From Octopus bimaculoides (lineage: Eukaryota), in NCBI RefSeq assembly GCF_001194135.2, contig NC_068983.1, positions 144,971,410 to 145,006,680 on the forward strand: 35,271 nt of DNA, read 5' to 3'. Within the stretch, counting starts at the first letter, position 1. Each line of letters starts with the position of its first letter. This document shows positions 1 to 9,973 of this stretch, in pieces. The notes under the pieces were generated by a model, which was not told where the DNA came from, did not search any database, and saw only the letters and a list, made by a program, of their open reading frames with translations. The translations under genes and the position numbers were made by a program.

Positions 1-369
1 CCGAGCCTAGGTCTCTCTTTAATCCACGACTGCAGTTCGGCTAAGGAGACGAGCTGCGGGAAGGCGCGCCGCACAAACGGCGACCACACCTGTTCACCCT
101 CGTCTAGGAAGCGCCGGAGATGTCGCAGTCTCAGCGCATGTCTGCGCATCATCAACCACGGCATACCAAGCCCTCCATTTAGCGGCTGTTGACAGCAAAT
201 GGATCGCCTAACCATCGGAACGCTTCCCTTCCACAAGAAGCGGAAGAGTATGCGTTCCAGTTTGGTGATGGTAGGGTCGGGACAAGGCACGACAGTCAGT
301 CGGTATTCGATGATGGATGCAATGTACGCGTTCGCTACCTCCGCCCGACCTTTTAGAGATAGCTTCCTC
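1..369 (-). mobile_element. L1/Tx1-like non-LTR retrotransposon ORF2 fragment (post-RT region), 5'-truncated, continues off the left edge
   Basis: Manual translation of the minus strand from 369 gives a stop-free frame missed by the ORF track (no ATG): RKLSLKGRAEVANAYIASIIEYRLTVVPCPDPTITKLERILFRFLWKGSVPMVRRSICCQQPLNGGLGMPWL... It has the LSLxGR...N...FLW.G...GGLG.P pattern of L1/Tx1 ORF2. The segment is GC-rich against an AT-rich background. Confidence 0.8.
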
Positions 370-394
370 TAGATAGATAGATAGATAGATAGAC

Positions 395-455
<61 letters not shown>
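370..455. repeat. (GATA)n microsatellite
   Basis: About 21 near-perfect tetranucleotide units with one GACA variant. Confidence 0.98.
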
Positions 456-539
456 TGCGTCAGAGACGAAGCCCGAGAAGTGTTATGATTGATATCAGTT
501 CTGAACTGAATTATTAATCTTTTCTCACACGAAGGACTC

Positions 540-990
540 TTACTTAATAGGATTATATATTCATGGCAACTTTACCAACATGATATTGGACTGTATGATA
601 TTAAAGATTCGACAAACTATAAGACTTACAGAGCTTACAATCTCAAAGGTTTTGCAATAATATCGCAAGGAATAAACAAATATGAGGACAACATAGGAGC
701 AGAAGTGATGTCGAGGTTGCTCATAGGTTTGTAAGGATCAATTACTGAGCATCAACGCCATAGAATATTGTAGTGGGAGTAGAAAAAATGATTTGAGTAT
801 AGCATTGATTGACTACCAGAAACTGCTTAACACTCTTCTCCAGACGTGCATAATAGAAATACTAGTGTTGCGTAAAAGACCATCAGTAATAAGCAGATAC
901 ATTAGACCCATGATCAATAAATTGCAAGAATTATTGCAGGTGCTTAATTTGTTTCCCCATGTCGGAAGTTATAGTTCAGATTATCATAAA
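540..990 (+). mobile_element. Decayed R4/Dong-like LINE reverse transcriptase fragment
   Basis: Reading across stops and frameshifts gives DSTNYK...EQK*CRGCS*.CKDQLL...LSIALIDYQK...CIIEIL. This matches the NYRPI / EQKGC / GCKDQLL / LSIAWIDYKKAFD series of R4-clade RT. It explains ORF 793..996. Confidence 0.7.
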
Positions 991-1168
991 GGGTAAAATG
1001 GTTGTTTCTGAGACTTCCAATATATCAAATTTAGCAAAATTAATATTAAAGATTAAGCACACACAAAATATGCCAAATACGTTCAAATTTACTGGACAAA
1101 ATTTTTTCAGAGAGAAATGAAGCAAAATATATGTATATGTGACCAAGTAACACGCACATAGACATGGA

Positions 1169-1463
1169 TAGGAGTGACTGTGTGGTAAGTAGCTTCCTTA
1201 CCAACCACATAGTTCCGGGTTCAGTTCCACTGCGTGGCAACTTGGGCAAGTGTCTTCTACTATAGCCTCGGGCCGACCAAAGCCTTGTGAGTGGATTTGG
1301 TAGACAGAAACTGAAACAAGCCTGTCGTATATATGTATGTGTGTGTGTGTGTGTTTGTGTGTCTGTGTTTGTTCTCCCAACATCACCTGACAACCGATGA
1401 TGGTGTGTTGACGTCCCCGTAACTTAGCGGTTCGGTAAAAGAGACCGATAGAATAAGTACTAG
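1169..1463 (+). mobile_element. tRNA-derived SINE, family A (3' part lost in gap)
   Basis: A-box-like GTGACTGTGTGGTAAG, B-box GGTTCAGTTCC, core TTGGGCAAGTGTCTTCTACTATAGCC and an internal (TG)n. Homologous copies lie at 9545-9973, 13580-13720, 18550, 22110 and 29345. Confidence 0.85.
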
Positions 1464-1669
1464 NNNNNNNNNNNNNNNNNNNNNNNNNNNNNNNNNNNNN
1501 NNNNNNNNNNNNNNNNNNNNNNNNNNNNNNNNNNNNNNNNNNNNNNNNNNNNNNNNNNNNNNNNNNNNNNNNNNNNNNNNNNNNNNNNNNNNNNNNNNNN
1601 NNNNNNNNNNNNNNNNNNNNNNNNNNNNNNNNNNNNNNNNNNNNNNNNNNNNNNNNNNNNNNNNNNNNN
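1464..1669. other. Assembly gap (other N runs at 4402-4503, 5460-5489, 6721-6889, 10068-10875, 28252-28299)
   Basis: Runs of N, mostly next to microsatellites or SINEs. Confidence 1.
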
Positions 1670-1701
1670 GCGTGTGTGTGCATAAAAGTAATATATATTG
1701 C

Positions 1702-2060
1702 GTGAAAGTGCATGGCTCAGTGGTTAGATCGTCGAGCTTACGATCGTGATGCTGTGAGTTCGAGTCCCGGGCCATGTTGTGTTCTTGAGCAAGACACTTT
1801 ACTTCACGTTGCTCCAGTTCACTCAGTTGTAGAAATGAGTTACATTGTTTCTGGTGCCGTCGGTATCGGCCTTTGTCTTTCACTCGGATAACATCGGTGG
1901 TATGGAGAGGGGAGGCTTGTGTGCATGGGTGACTGCTGGTCTTCCATAAAACAACCCTAGGTTGTGCGTTCGCCAGGAAGCGACATTCCGCTAAGGCCTG
2001 TACCACGGAGGGGAACCTCTTAGATGCACCCATGATCATTCGTGACTGATGTAGTCGAGT
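1702..2060 (+). mobile_element. tRNA-derived SINE, family B
   Basis: A box TGGCTCAGTGG, B box GAGTTCGAGTCCC, then a CORE/V-like box GTGTTCTTGAGCAAGACACTTTACTTCACGTTGCTCCAGTTCACTCAG. A related copy is at 5591-5801 (-). Confidence 0.8.
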
Positions 2061-2085
2061 TTTTTTAATATGGTGTGTATATATG

Positions 2086-2170
2086 TACTAAGCTTACAAG
2101 AATCAGTCTGCGGTCGATTTGTTCGACTAAAGGCGGTGCTGAAATAAGTAAAATAAAGAAAAGAAATAAA
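2086..2170 (+). mobile_element. 3' tail fragment of SINE family A
   Basis: TACTAAGCTTACAAGAATCAG...GGTCGATTTGTTCGACTAAAGGCGGTGCT followed by an A-rich tail. It is the reverse complement of the tails seen at 9545 and 22110. Confidence 0.55.
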
Positions 2171-2289
2171 AAAAATATATGAACACGCACATGCACACAC
2201 ATACATATAAATACCAGAGAGGTGTATTATTGTTTCAATGCTGCTACATTTTTCTATGCATATGGCCATTTATAATATAATAGCAAACA

Positions 2290-2880
2290 CCTTCCACAAT
2301 CAGGAATAATAATAACGGCAGAAAGAGTAGATCAAGAACAACAAACACAGCTACAATATCAATACCAATGTCGTAAGCACACAAACTACTGTCGAAACAA
2401 AAACGAACACTGCTACAATCTCCAAGACGTCATATTTAGAGGAAGCAAACAGCACAAAAGCATTCAGGTGGCACATGGTAAGAAAAGACGCTGGAAATAA
2501 AGAACGAGAGATGAATTTGCTGGCTTGACCTCCAAAACCGAAACTGTTGACGGCGCCAAATCAAACAATGACACAGAAGAGAAAACCAAACTAAACTATT
2601 AAACTAGCAGGCAAACCGGCAACCCAACCAACAAAGGTACCAAAAACAGGATACCGAGGGCTGTAACAGTAGCAACATCAACAACACAAACAACAACAAC
2701 ATAGAATAGCTTCGGCAAGTATGACAACAAGAGACAAACCAACAACAGCAACTCTAAGAATAGGTATAACATCCATGCTATGAACAGAAAATGTAACATC
2801 AAGTGCAGCCATACCAATGAACACATCAAAAATATCACTGATAAGAGCAGCGAATATCAAGTATCTAACTCCGTAGTATA
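2290..2880 (+). other. A/C-rich low-complexity tract with broken Thr-rich reading frames
   Basis: Thr/Asn/Gln-rich pieces in alternating frames (TNVVSTQTTVETKTNTATIS; AVTVATSTTQTTTT; SMTTRDKPTTATL) separated by stops. The NTATIS-encoding motif occurs twice. Confidence 0.35.
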
Positions 2881-3239
2881 AACACACGCTTTATTTGAAT
2901 TGAGTTCACCAGCCATTTTATATATTGTATGACATTAATACCTATAGAAAAATGAAGAATATCTCAAGCTTCCATTTATTATTCAAGAATTTAGATTTTT
3001 TGTTTTCTTTTTCTCATGATATATGTCAACTGTAAATGCAAAATTATTTCACAAATCGGAAAGATTCAGGAGAGCAGATCTGAATATACTTAGCCACAAA
3101 AGAGATACCTACACACTGGGGAATGGTACAATTTCCAGAAAATATTGTGGTGTCTAAAATCCTAAGCCCGGTAAACTAGGATAATATACAAATTTTTGCA
3201 TTGACATGACCATTTATGCACGTGTGTGAGAGAGAGAAT

Positions 3240-3310
3240 GTATGTGTGTGTGTGTGAGTGTGTGTGTGATCTGTTGTATGTTTATAACACACACACACAC
3301 ACATACATAT

Positions 3311-3378
<68 letters not shown>
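3240..3378. repeat. Compound (TG)n/(CA)n/(TA)n microsatellite
   Basis: Direct reading. Confidence 0.95.
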
Positions 3379-3379
<1 letters not shown>

Positions 3380-3381
<2 letters not shown>

Positions 3382-3730
3382 GGGTGCAGTGAATAAATTG
3401 TGCAAAATTATGCAAAAATGAAAATAGCACTGACATCACATTTTAACAGATATATTTACCACAGTTACATAAAAATATCTTGAAATACTAAAGAGTAAAT
3501 TTATTCAATAAAATCGTCATTGGCTTCTATCACAGCCTCCACACGACTTCTGAATCTCCTGCAACTTTTCTGGACAATCTCCTTGTTTAAGTTGGAGAAT
3601 GCTGCCATAATTTTTGCCTTCAGTTCATCGTTGGTGTTACAAGGAGTTTTAATAATCTCGCTCAACTCCTTCCCACACATTATAATCAAGAGGGTTGCTG
3701 TCTGGAGAGTTAGATGACCAGACGTTGGTT
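3380..3730 (-). mobile_element. Tc1/mariner transposase 3' fragment (maT/DD37D-like) with one TIR
   Basis: Frameshifted reading VWSSNSPDSNPLDYNVW + KTPCNTNDELKAKIMAAF...KSCRRFRSRVEAVIEANDDFIE*, which contains the WPxxSPDLNPLDY third-catalytic-D motif. The terminus CAGGGTG starts at 3380 next to the (TA)n run. Confidence 0.75.
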
Positions 3731-4269
3731 GGTTACATTTAATATCGATTAACCACAAAGGAATCAAGGATACGATCCAGTAGTTTTATTTTTCCCTCTT
3801 CCTTTGGAACGTACTGCGAAAGTCTGAATAATCTTAACAAATAATGCCTCCCTCCTTGAAGTCAAATAGTTTGCGCATGCTGTAACTCATGTCTCTAATT
3901 ACTAGAGGCCGAACAATTAGTTTTCTTTATTGCCTTAGTGTCGGTCATAAATGATTATTTATGTTTCGGCTTGACTATTCATATGTATTATGCAATAGCC
4001 TAGTGTCTGATGTCAAGTCCCCATGACCTGTTAGTTTGCATTCCACCTTATGTCTTTTATTCTTCAAAGCATATACAAAAGTTCCTCAGAATTTAACTTT
4101 GCCATCAAATCGCTGAGCAATCAAAATACTGCACCACTTTCATTAAATCAAAATACTGTTTCATAAGGTAAATGAACATCTGGTGTAGAGTAAGACAGTT
4201 AAGACATTTTGATAGGCATTACTACTACATCATCTACTTTCCATTGTATAAAGATAATATGGAACATTA

Positions 4270-4635
4270 ACAACTGATATATACTTTTGATCTTCATGAA
4301 TGCTCATCAAATATTCCCTAAATGGTAAATGAAAATATTCGTTCCTTCATCTATTGAAATACTGATTTCAATGTATAGGCTATGATCATGCAGGAGCAAC
4401 ANNNNNNNNNNNNNNNNNNNNNNNNNNNNNNNNNNNNNNNNNNNNNNNNNNNNNNNNNNNNNNNNNNNNNNNNNNNNNNNNNNNNNNNNNNNNNNNNNNN
4501 NNNACAACTGATATATACTTTTGATCTTCATGAATGCTCATCAAATATTCCCTAAATGGTAAATGAAAATATTCGTTCCTTCATCTATTGAAATACTGAT
4601 TTCAATGTATAGGCTATGATCATGCAGGAGCAACA
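4270..4635. other. 132-bp exact duplication flanking an N gap (probable contig-overlap artefact)
   Basis: 4270-4401 is identical to 4504-4635, separated only by Ns. Confidence 0.9.
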
Positions 4636-4782
4636 GCATTAACTGTTCTAATCAATGATATCCACACTAGTTTTTATGTCAATTTTGAGTCATACTCTAT
4701 CGATCCATATTTATGTGATGCATAAGTTACTTTTTGTCATAGAGACATGCAACACAGAATAGCATATTATATTGGTATACAT

Positions 4783-5270
4783 CAGTGGTCACCAAACTTT
4801 TTTCATAGTGAGCCAGATACAGATAAAAGAATGCCAAGCGCGGGCCGGATAAGTATTTTGTTCAATTTAGTACAATGTAGAATACACTGAATGTACACAA
4901 GAAATAACGACAGTCATCCTATTTATTTATCAATACATAAAATACACAAAATAGTAAAAACAATAAACATATTTTAATAATACTGAAATATTACCAAATT
5001 AGAAGTTTTAGAAAAAGTGCGCACATAGCTGAATTGCATAAAAAGTAAGCAGCACAAAAGTTAATGAGATTTGTGTAACTGGCGTTTTGCTTCCAAGATA
5101 TCATCAACATTTGCTTTATGATTGCTGCAGCCAACCATAGGAATTGCTTTCAAACGTTCATCAGTGAACCTTGTTCGATGTATTGACTTCACACACTTCA
5201 TTTTTGAAAAAGTTCGCTCACAAACATAAGTTGTTCCAAACACTGATGCCATATCTGAGGCACAACGTCA
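4783..5270 (-). mobile_element. hAT (Buster/Charlie/SPIN-like) transposon 3' end with dimerisation-domain codons and TIR
   Basis: ORF 5061..5252 reads SVFGTTYVCERTFSKMKCVKSIHRTRFTDERL...KSH*, the hAT C-terminal dimerisation domain. The terminus is CAGTGGTCACCAAACTTT at 4783. The flanking 8-mer GTATACAT fits the nnnTAnnn Buster-type target. Confidence 0.85.
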
Positions 5271-5590
5271 CTATGTATGTGAAGATTTGTATGTTATATG
5301 TATGTATTCTGATGCATATAATTGCATGCTCATACATATTTAAATGATAAACTTCTGGAAAGTTTTACAGATCTTTACAGTTCCAGAGATGGATTGGATC
5401 TGTAGTCTTCGAATTAGCCTTCTCCTTTCTGGTTTTGAGAAGCTTTCTTATATATATATNNNNNNNNNNNNNNNNNNNNNNNNNNNNNNTATATAAGATA
5501 AACAAGAGTGAAAAAACTACAGAAGGCTTGTGTTACATGGTTAAAGTATATATAAGAAAAAGAATAAAAATCCTTCATGAATCAAATAGA

Positions 5591-5801
5591 CTCATAGGGC
5601 AGGTTTCCCGGTTTCCGTGGCGTATGTATTTCCCACGTGGATGGTCGCAGGATTACTGACCTCTGCCAGCTGAGTGGACTGGAGCAACGTCAAATGAAGT
5701 GTTTTTTCTCAGCAGCACAGCACGCCGCTCGATATAAGAATCAGAAGCACATTCTTACGGTCATGTGTCCAACACCCTAACCACTAAGCCACGCATTTCC
5801 A
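5591..5801 (-). mobile_element. tRNA-derived SINE, family B-related, diverged
   Basis: The minus strand begins GTGGAAATGCGTGGCTTAGTGGTTAGGG (A box) and carries GACGTTGCTCCAGTCCACTCAGCTG, shared with 1702-2060. Confidence 0.7.
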
Positions 5802-6102
5802 CATATTATATATCAAATCATATGTTATATCTAACATATAGTTTTTATACGTAAAATATACAATACACTAAACATTAAATTACATATTAGATAATAATAA
5901 TCAGCACGTCTTAGAACATATTACGTTTCAAAATTACATACTGTTCATATCGTTTCTTCCCCGTCTCTATCAAACTATACTGTAAAAACATATTGACATA
6001 TTTCCGGATGTATATTTTTTTTATTCCCGTTATTCATAAGGCCATCAATACTATGATTGTATGCATTATAAATATTAACGAGCATCAGATGTAAAACAAT
6101 AC

Positions 6103-6170
6103 CAACAAAGTGGAAATATGAGTCGAAGTAGCCACTGCCAGTTGAACATCTCTGCAATGCTGAGATGTTT
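6103..6170 (-). CDS. Candidate 68-bp host exon (unidentified gene)
   Basis: Acceptor TTTGGTTTTCTCTAATTCTTTCACAG with a CTAAT branch-like motif, donor TTG|GTATTG, and all three frames open. It lies in unique sequence. No family recognised. Confidence 0.35.
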
Positions 6171-6356
6171 CTGTGAAAGAATTAGAGAAAACCAAATTTA
6201 GCAAAACTATTTCTTATTCAAACATTGGTTCAGTCTAGACATATACGATTCAGTAAAGATTAAGCTTAATATTAATTCTTTTGGCAGGTTATAGAATATA
6301 TACGAGTGCGCATGTGTATGTGTGTGAGTGTGTGTTTGTGTGTGTGTGTGCATGCT

Positions 6357-6720
6357 CATTGTTGTTGTTGGCACTCCGTCGCTTACGACGTCGAGGGTTC
6401 CGGTTGATCCGATCAACGGAACAGCCTGCTCGTGAAATTAACGTGCAAGTGGTTGAGCACTCCACAGACACGTGTACCCTTAACGTAGCTCTCGGAGTTT
6501 TCAGCGTGACACAGTGTGACAAGACTGACCCTTTGAATTACAGGCACAACAGAAACAGGAAGTAAGAGTGAGAGAAAGTTGTGGTGAAAGAGTACAACAG
6601 GGTTCGCCACCATCCTCTGCCGGAGCCTCGTGGAGCTTTAGGTATTTTTGCGCAATAAACACTCACAACGCCCGGTGTGGGAATCGAAACTGCGATCCTA
6701 TGACCGCGAGTCCGCTGCCC
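6357..6720 (-). mobile_element. tRNA-derived SINE, family C (head cut by gap)
   Basis: Highly similar to the full-length copy at 23421-23803. It has a (CAA)n tail and B-box GTTTCGATTCCC on the minus strand. Confidence 0.85.
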
Positions 6721-6924
6721 NNNNNNNNNNNNNNNNNNNNNNNNNNNNNNNNNNNNNNNNNNNNNNNNNNNNNNNNNNNNNNNNNNNNNNNNNNNNNNNN
6801 NNNNNNNNNNNNNNNNNNNNNNNNNNNNNNNNNNNNNNNNNNNNNNNNNNNNNNNNNNNNNNNNNNNNNNNNNNNNNNNNNNNNNNNNNATATATATTAA
6901 TATATGTGCAGACATGTGTCGAAT

Positions 6925-7320
6925 ACCTGAGTCGTGCGAAAGTTACGTTACGTGGTCCCTTCCTTCTGACTACACCAATTATAGCCGTGTGTGGAGGGTT
7001 AGATGCAACTGGTACGCGCGCAGCAACCGGTGAATGGTGGCATCGACCACCTTAAAACACCGGGCCTTTAGATGTGGTTATGATCCGCGGCATTGAAGGG
7101 AGATTGCATCTCTCCCGGTAAGCGGAAAGATGCACTCTCTGGACGTGTGACGCCGTCTACGAAAGTCAGGGTCCCGCTTGCCCTTCACTCTGTCGCTCGA
7201 AGTCTTGCGGATTATCGGCGGTGGCGCCGTCCACTAAATACACTAGAGCATCCATATGTGCGGATATTACTGGACTGACTTTCCAAATTGAGGAAGTGGA
7301 ACACGTAAAATCCAGGCTAC
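6925..7320 (+). mobile_element. Probable decayed L1/Tx1-like ORF2 fragment
   Basis: GC-rich island. With one frameshift it reads YVVPS...VWRG*MQLVRAQQPVNGG, paralleling LTVVPC...LWKGSVPMVR...QQPLNGG at 1-369. Confidence 0.4.
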
Positions 7321-7529
7321 ATATTTTTCCTAGTTTGCAGCTCCCCTTATACCTGTTCAATGCTTACAGACTTCCTGCAGTTAGATTCTTCCTTAGATCT
7401 TACAATTATATGTATATATTATTAATGTCTACTTTTATACTATAGGAAATCTTATTTTTCGTTAAATTGAAGCCTAACTCAATATATGTGGTAGTGTAAA
7501 GATTTATCATTATTTAACAAGGATAGTAT

Positions 7530-8220
7530 TGACAGTGACTTCGAAGTTTCGGCCAACTAAAACATCATCGGACTGTGATGTATTTGAGTTCATCTTGGCT
7601 TTATATGTTAAGTTAAAATGCCCTGTTGAATAATAATTAGGTTATATTGAAGATTGTGAGGACAAGATGTAATCGAGAATTTTTATTGATTGAAATTTAT
7701 TCATGCGTGTAGAACTTTTTTATCAGGTGTGTATATTTATGTATGTCATCTTCAGGTCATAGGGGTTTACAAAAGAATGCAGTGAGTCTGTTAGCAGAGG
7801 TCACATTATTTAGTTGCTGCTAATTTTATTTGGACATTAATGGGTTAATTGACCTTTTGTTCTAAGAATATAAAGATTAAATTTTAGTGTTCACACCTGT
7901 ATTGTAACCTTTCTATTTGTGTTTGAAACTTTGTAACCTTTGATTATTAGATATGTCAGCTTCTAGAGAATGAGTTTTTAAGGGTTCACAAACGAACGTA
8001 ATCAAGTGATAAGTTTTAGTTTGTTTGTAGGCTTTTATTATTTAAATTATTTCACCTGTTTGTATTGCGATGCTGTTTATTATCACTTAAGTATGTCACA
8101 GTGTTATTGGTATGAAAAATATGTTAATCAGATGTTTTAATGTTCACAAGAGGATGTCATCATTTCCTGCTGTCTCTGCCTGCGACAGAATGCGCATCAA
8201 CACGTGATATTTGACACCAT
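7530..8220 (-). mobile_element. Decayed Penelope-like element (GIY-YIG C-terminal region plus 3' repeat)
   Basis: Broken minus-strand reading NNQRLQSFKHK*KGYNTG...K*CDLC*QTHCIL resembles the PLE motifs RxxNHxxSF...T.LS and KxCxLCxxEKxxI. Hammerhead-core motifs lie downstream on the same strand at 7749-7755 and 7532-7576. Confidence 0.55.
7532..7576 (-). ncRNA. Degenerate type-I hammerhead ribozyme motif
   Basis: ACAGU-CCGAUGA-(decayed stem II)-GAA-ACUUCGAAGU-C-ACUGU. It has a 5-bp stem I, a perfectly palindromic stem III and a GUC cleavage triplet. The core has U4->C. Confidence 0.55.
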
Positions 8221-8566
8221 AGTATGAGTCTATGTTATTGGACATACCTTTTGTTAATTTCATCAACCATACTCTTCTAGAGTATTTGGATATGTTGTCA
8301 GAGGGTATTTTGGGTTTTTCCTTTTATATTGATTACTTTCACCGCAGCTATGGAGCTCAATATATTTAAGTCATAGAGGGAACACTGATAGTTACTACCG
8401 TTCCGGGTCAGAATGGACATAGGGATAATAGTAATTAAACGGTGTATCCGCGTAACCCACAACTCAAGAACTCCCGAGTTCAAGCTTCAACAACGGATGC
8501 AGTTTTATGTGTAGGGATGTAGTTACCTATATAAGTTGTTGGTATGGATCATTATTCTGGAAATTA

Positions 8567-8681
8567 TTGCCTTGGCAAGAAAGTAATTTCGGTTTTTTTA
8601 GTGTGAAATAAAAATAATTATTTTTTTATACAAAGAATGAACTTTAATCAATTATATATTTTCCATTTTGTTCGATGACCT
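8567..8681 (-). mobile_element. Mariner 3' end with TIR
   Basis: Minus strand VIEQNGKYIID* matches the mariner C-terminus (…RWQKVIEQNGxYII). The TIR-like TA|TTGCCTTGGCAAGAAAGTAATTTCGGTTTTT starts at 8567. Confidence 0.7.
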
Positions 8682-9324
8682 GAAAGACATAAAAAGGTCC
8701 GAAAAGACACAGAATAGAAATGATATCAGGAAAGACTGTGTACTGTGTGTATGTGTACATATGTGTATGTATACGTGTGTGTGAAAGAGAGTGTATGTGT
8801 GTGTGCGCACGCGCGTGTGTGTAGGTTTGTATGCGTTTTGCAGGATTGCGTTCTTTGTATTTACTTTTATAAATGTACACTATTGCCTTTGGATTTTCAT
8901 CCATTTCCGAAGAGAGGTTAATTGAATAGAATCCCATGTATGTGGTCTCTTTGTAGGACTGTTATACAATAAAAGGAAACGATGAAAATAAACATATAAT
9001 AAACAAATAATTGTTGTATTCATCGATATATTGTGATCTACTTCCTCACACTACACGTTTTTGACCGCGAAGAAATTATAATTTATAACAAATATTCTAA
9101 TAATGTTAAGTTTAGTAAGTCTTCTGGGAATACTAACTATAGTTTTTTTAGGTAAAAAAATGCCAATTTCACAATAGATTGACAATTAAAATACCAGAGA
9201 TATCTATGATCTGAGACCGAGTTAAATATATATCTTAAGCACTTCAAATATTAGTTTTTTAATGTAATATTCAATGAAAAACACAGTTATGTCTCTTAGC
9301 AAACAGAACATACGAACCGTACAC

Positions 9325-9417
9325 ATCACTCACACAAACACACACACACATATTAACACTCACACACACATATACACATACGCACACGCACGCACACACA
9401 CACACACACACACACAC
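9325..9417. repeat. Imperfect (CA)n microsatellite
   Basis: Direct reading. Confidence 0.9.
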
Positions 9418-9544
9418 TATCTAATTAAAATATTTTAATAATCAAGAATAGAACATTTTACAAACAGTGGAGACACTTAATTTAAAATCCGTTATTTCTG
9501 TGTCAAACTGCTTATGTAATATCATTTTTGTTTCTTTTTTCTTT

Positions 9545-9973
9545 TATTTGTTTCAGTGATTAGACTGCGACTATCTTGGGGCACCGCATTGACTGTTAAT
9601 CGAACAAGGTGACGCCTGCAATATTTTATTATTTCTTTCACCTGTGGCAAACTGCTAGGTTACAGGAACATAAACACAACAACACTCAGGGAAGGAAAGA
9701 AAGGTGGTTTTACGTTTCGCGCAAAGCTCTTCTTCAGAAACAGGAGACAGAGGAAAGTCCAATAGAAAAGGAAGACGGAGGAAAATAAATTGCCAACGAT
9801 TCACATGTGGTTACATTAGGTTTCTTTCAGTTTCCGTCTACCAAATCCAGTCGCAAGGCTTTGGTAGGCCCGAAGCTATAGTAGAAGACACTTGCTCGAG
9901 GTGCCATGCATTGATTGAATCCGGAACCATGTGTTTGGGAAGCAAACTTCTTAGCCCACAGCCACGCCTGCGC
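9545..9973 (-). mobile_element. SINE family A, split by a ~130-bp foreign insert (9688-9817)
   Basis: Tail at 9545-9687 and head/core at 9818-9973 (TTTCAGTTTCCGTCTACCAAATCC...CACAGCCACGCC). The usual central microsatellite segment is replaced. Confidence 0.75.
9707..9741 (-). ncRNA. Minimal type-I hammerhead ribozyme motif
   Basis: GUUU-CUGAAGA-A-GAGC-UUU-GCGC-GAA-ACGU-A-AAAC. The catalytic core is intact, stem I has 4 bp, stem II has one mismatch, stem III is a loop-less palindromic ACGU, and the triplet is GUA. Confidence 0.65.

Noticed and set aside
1702-1775. tRNA gene calls for SINE heads (also 1169, 23730-23803 and SINE D heads)
   Set aside because: A/B boxes are present, but there is no complete cloverleaf and each continues into a SINE body.
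2599-2887. Hydrophobic membrane-protein-like minus ORFs
   Set aside because: They are the complement of an A/C-rich tract, which automatically yields Val/Leu/Cys-rich peptides.
3930-4300. Helitron-like peptide traces on the minus strand (DVHLPYETVF)
   Set aside because: The similarity is too weak and is interrupted by many stops.
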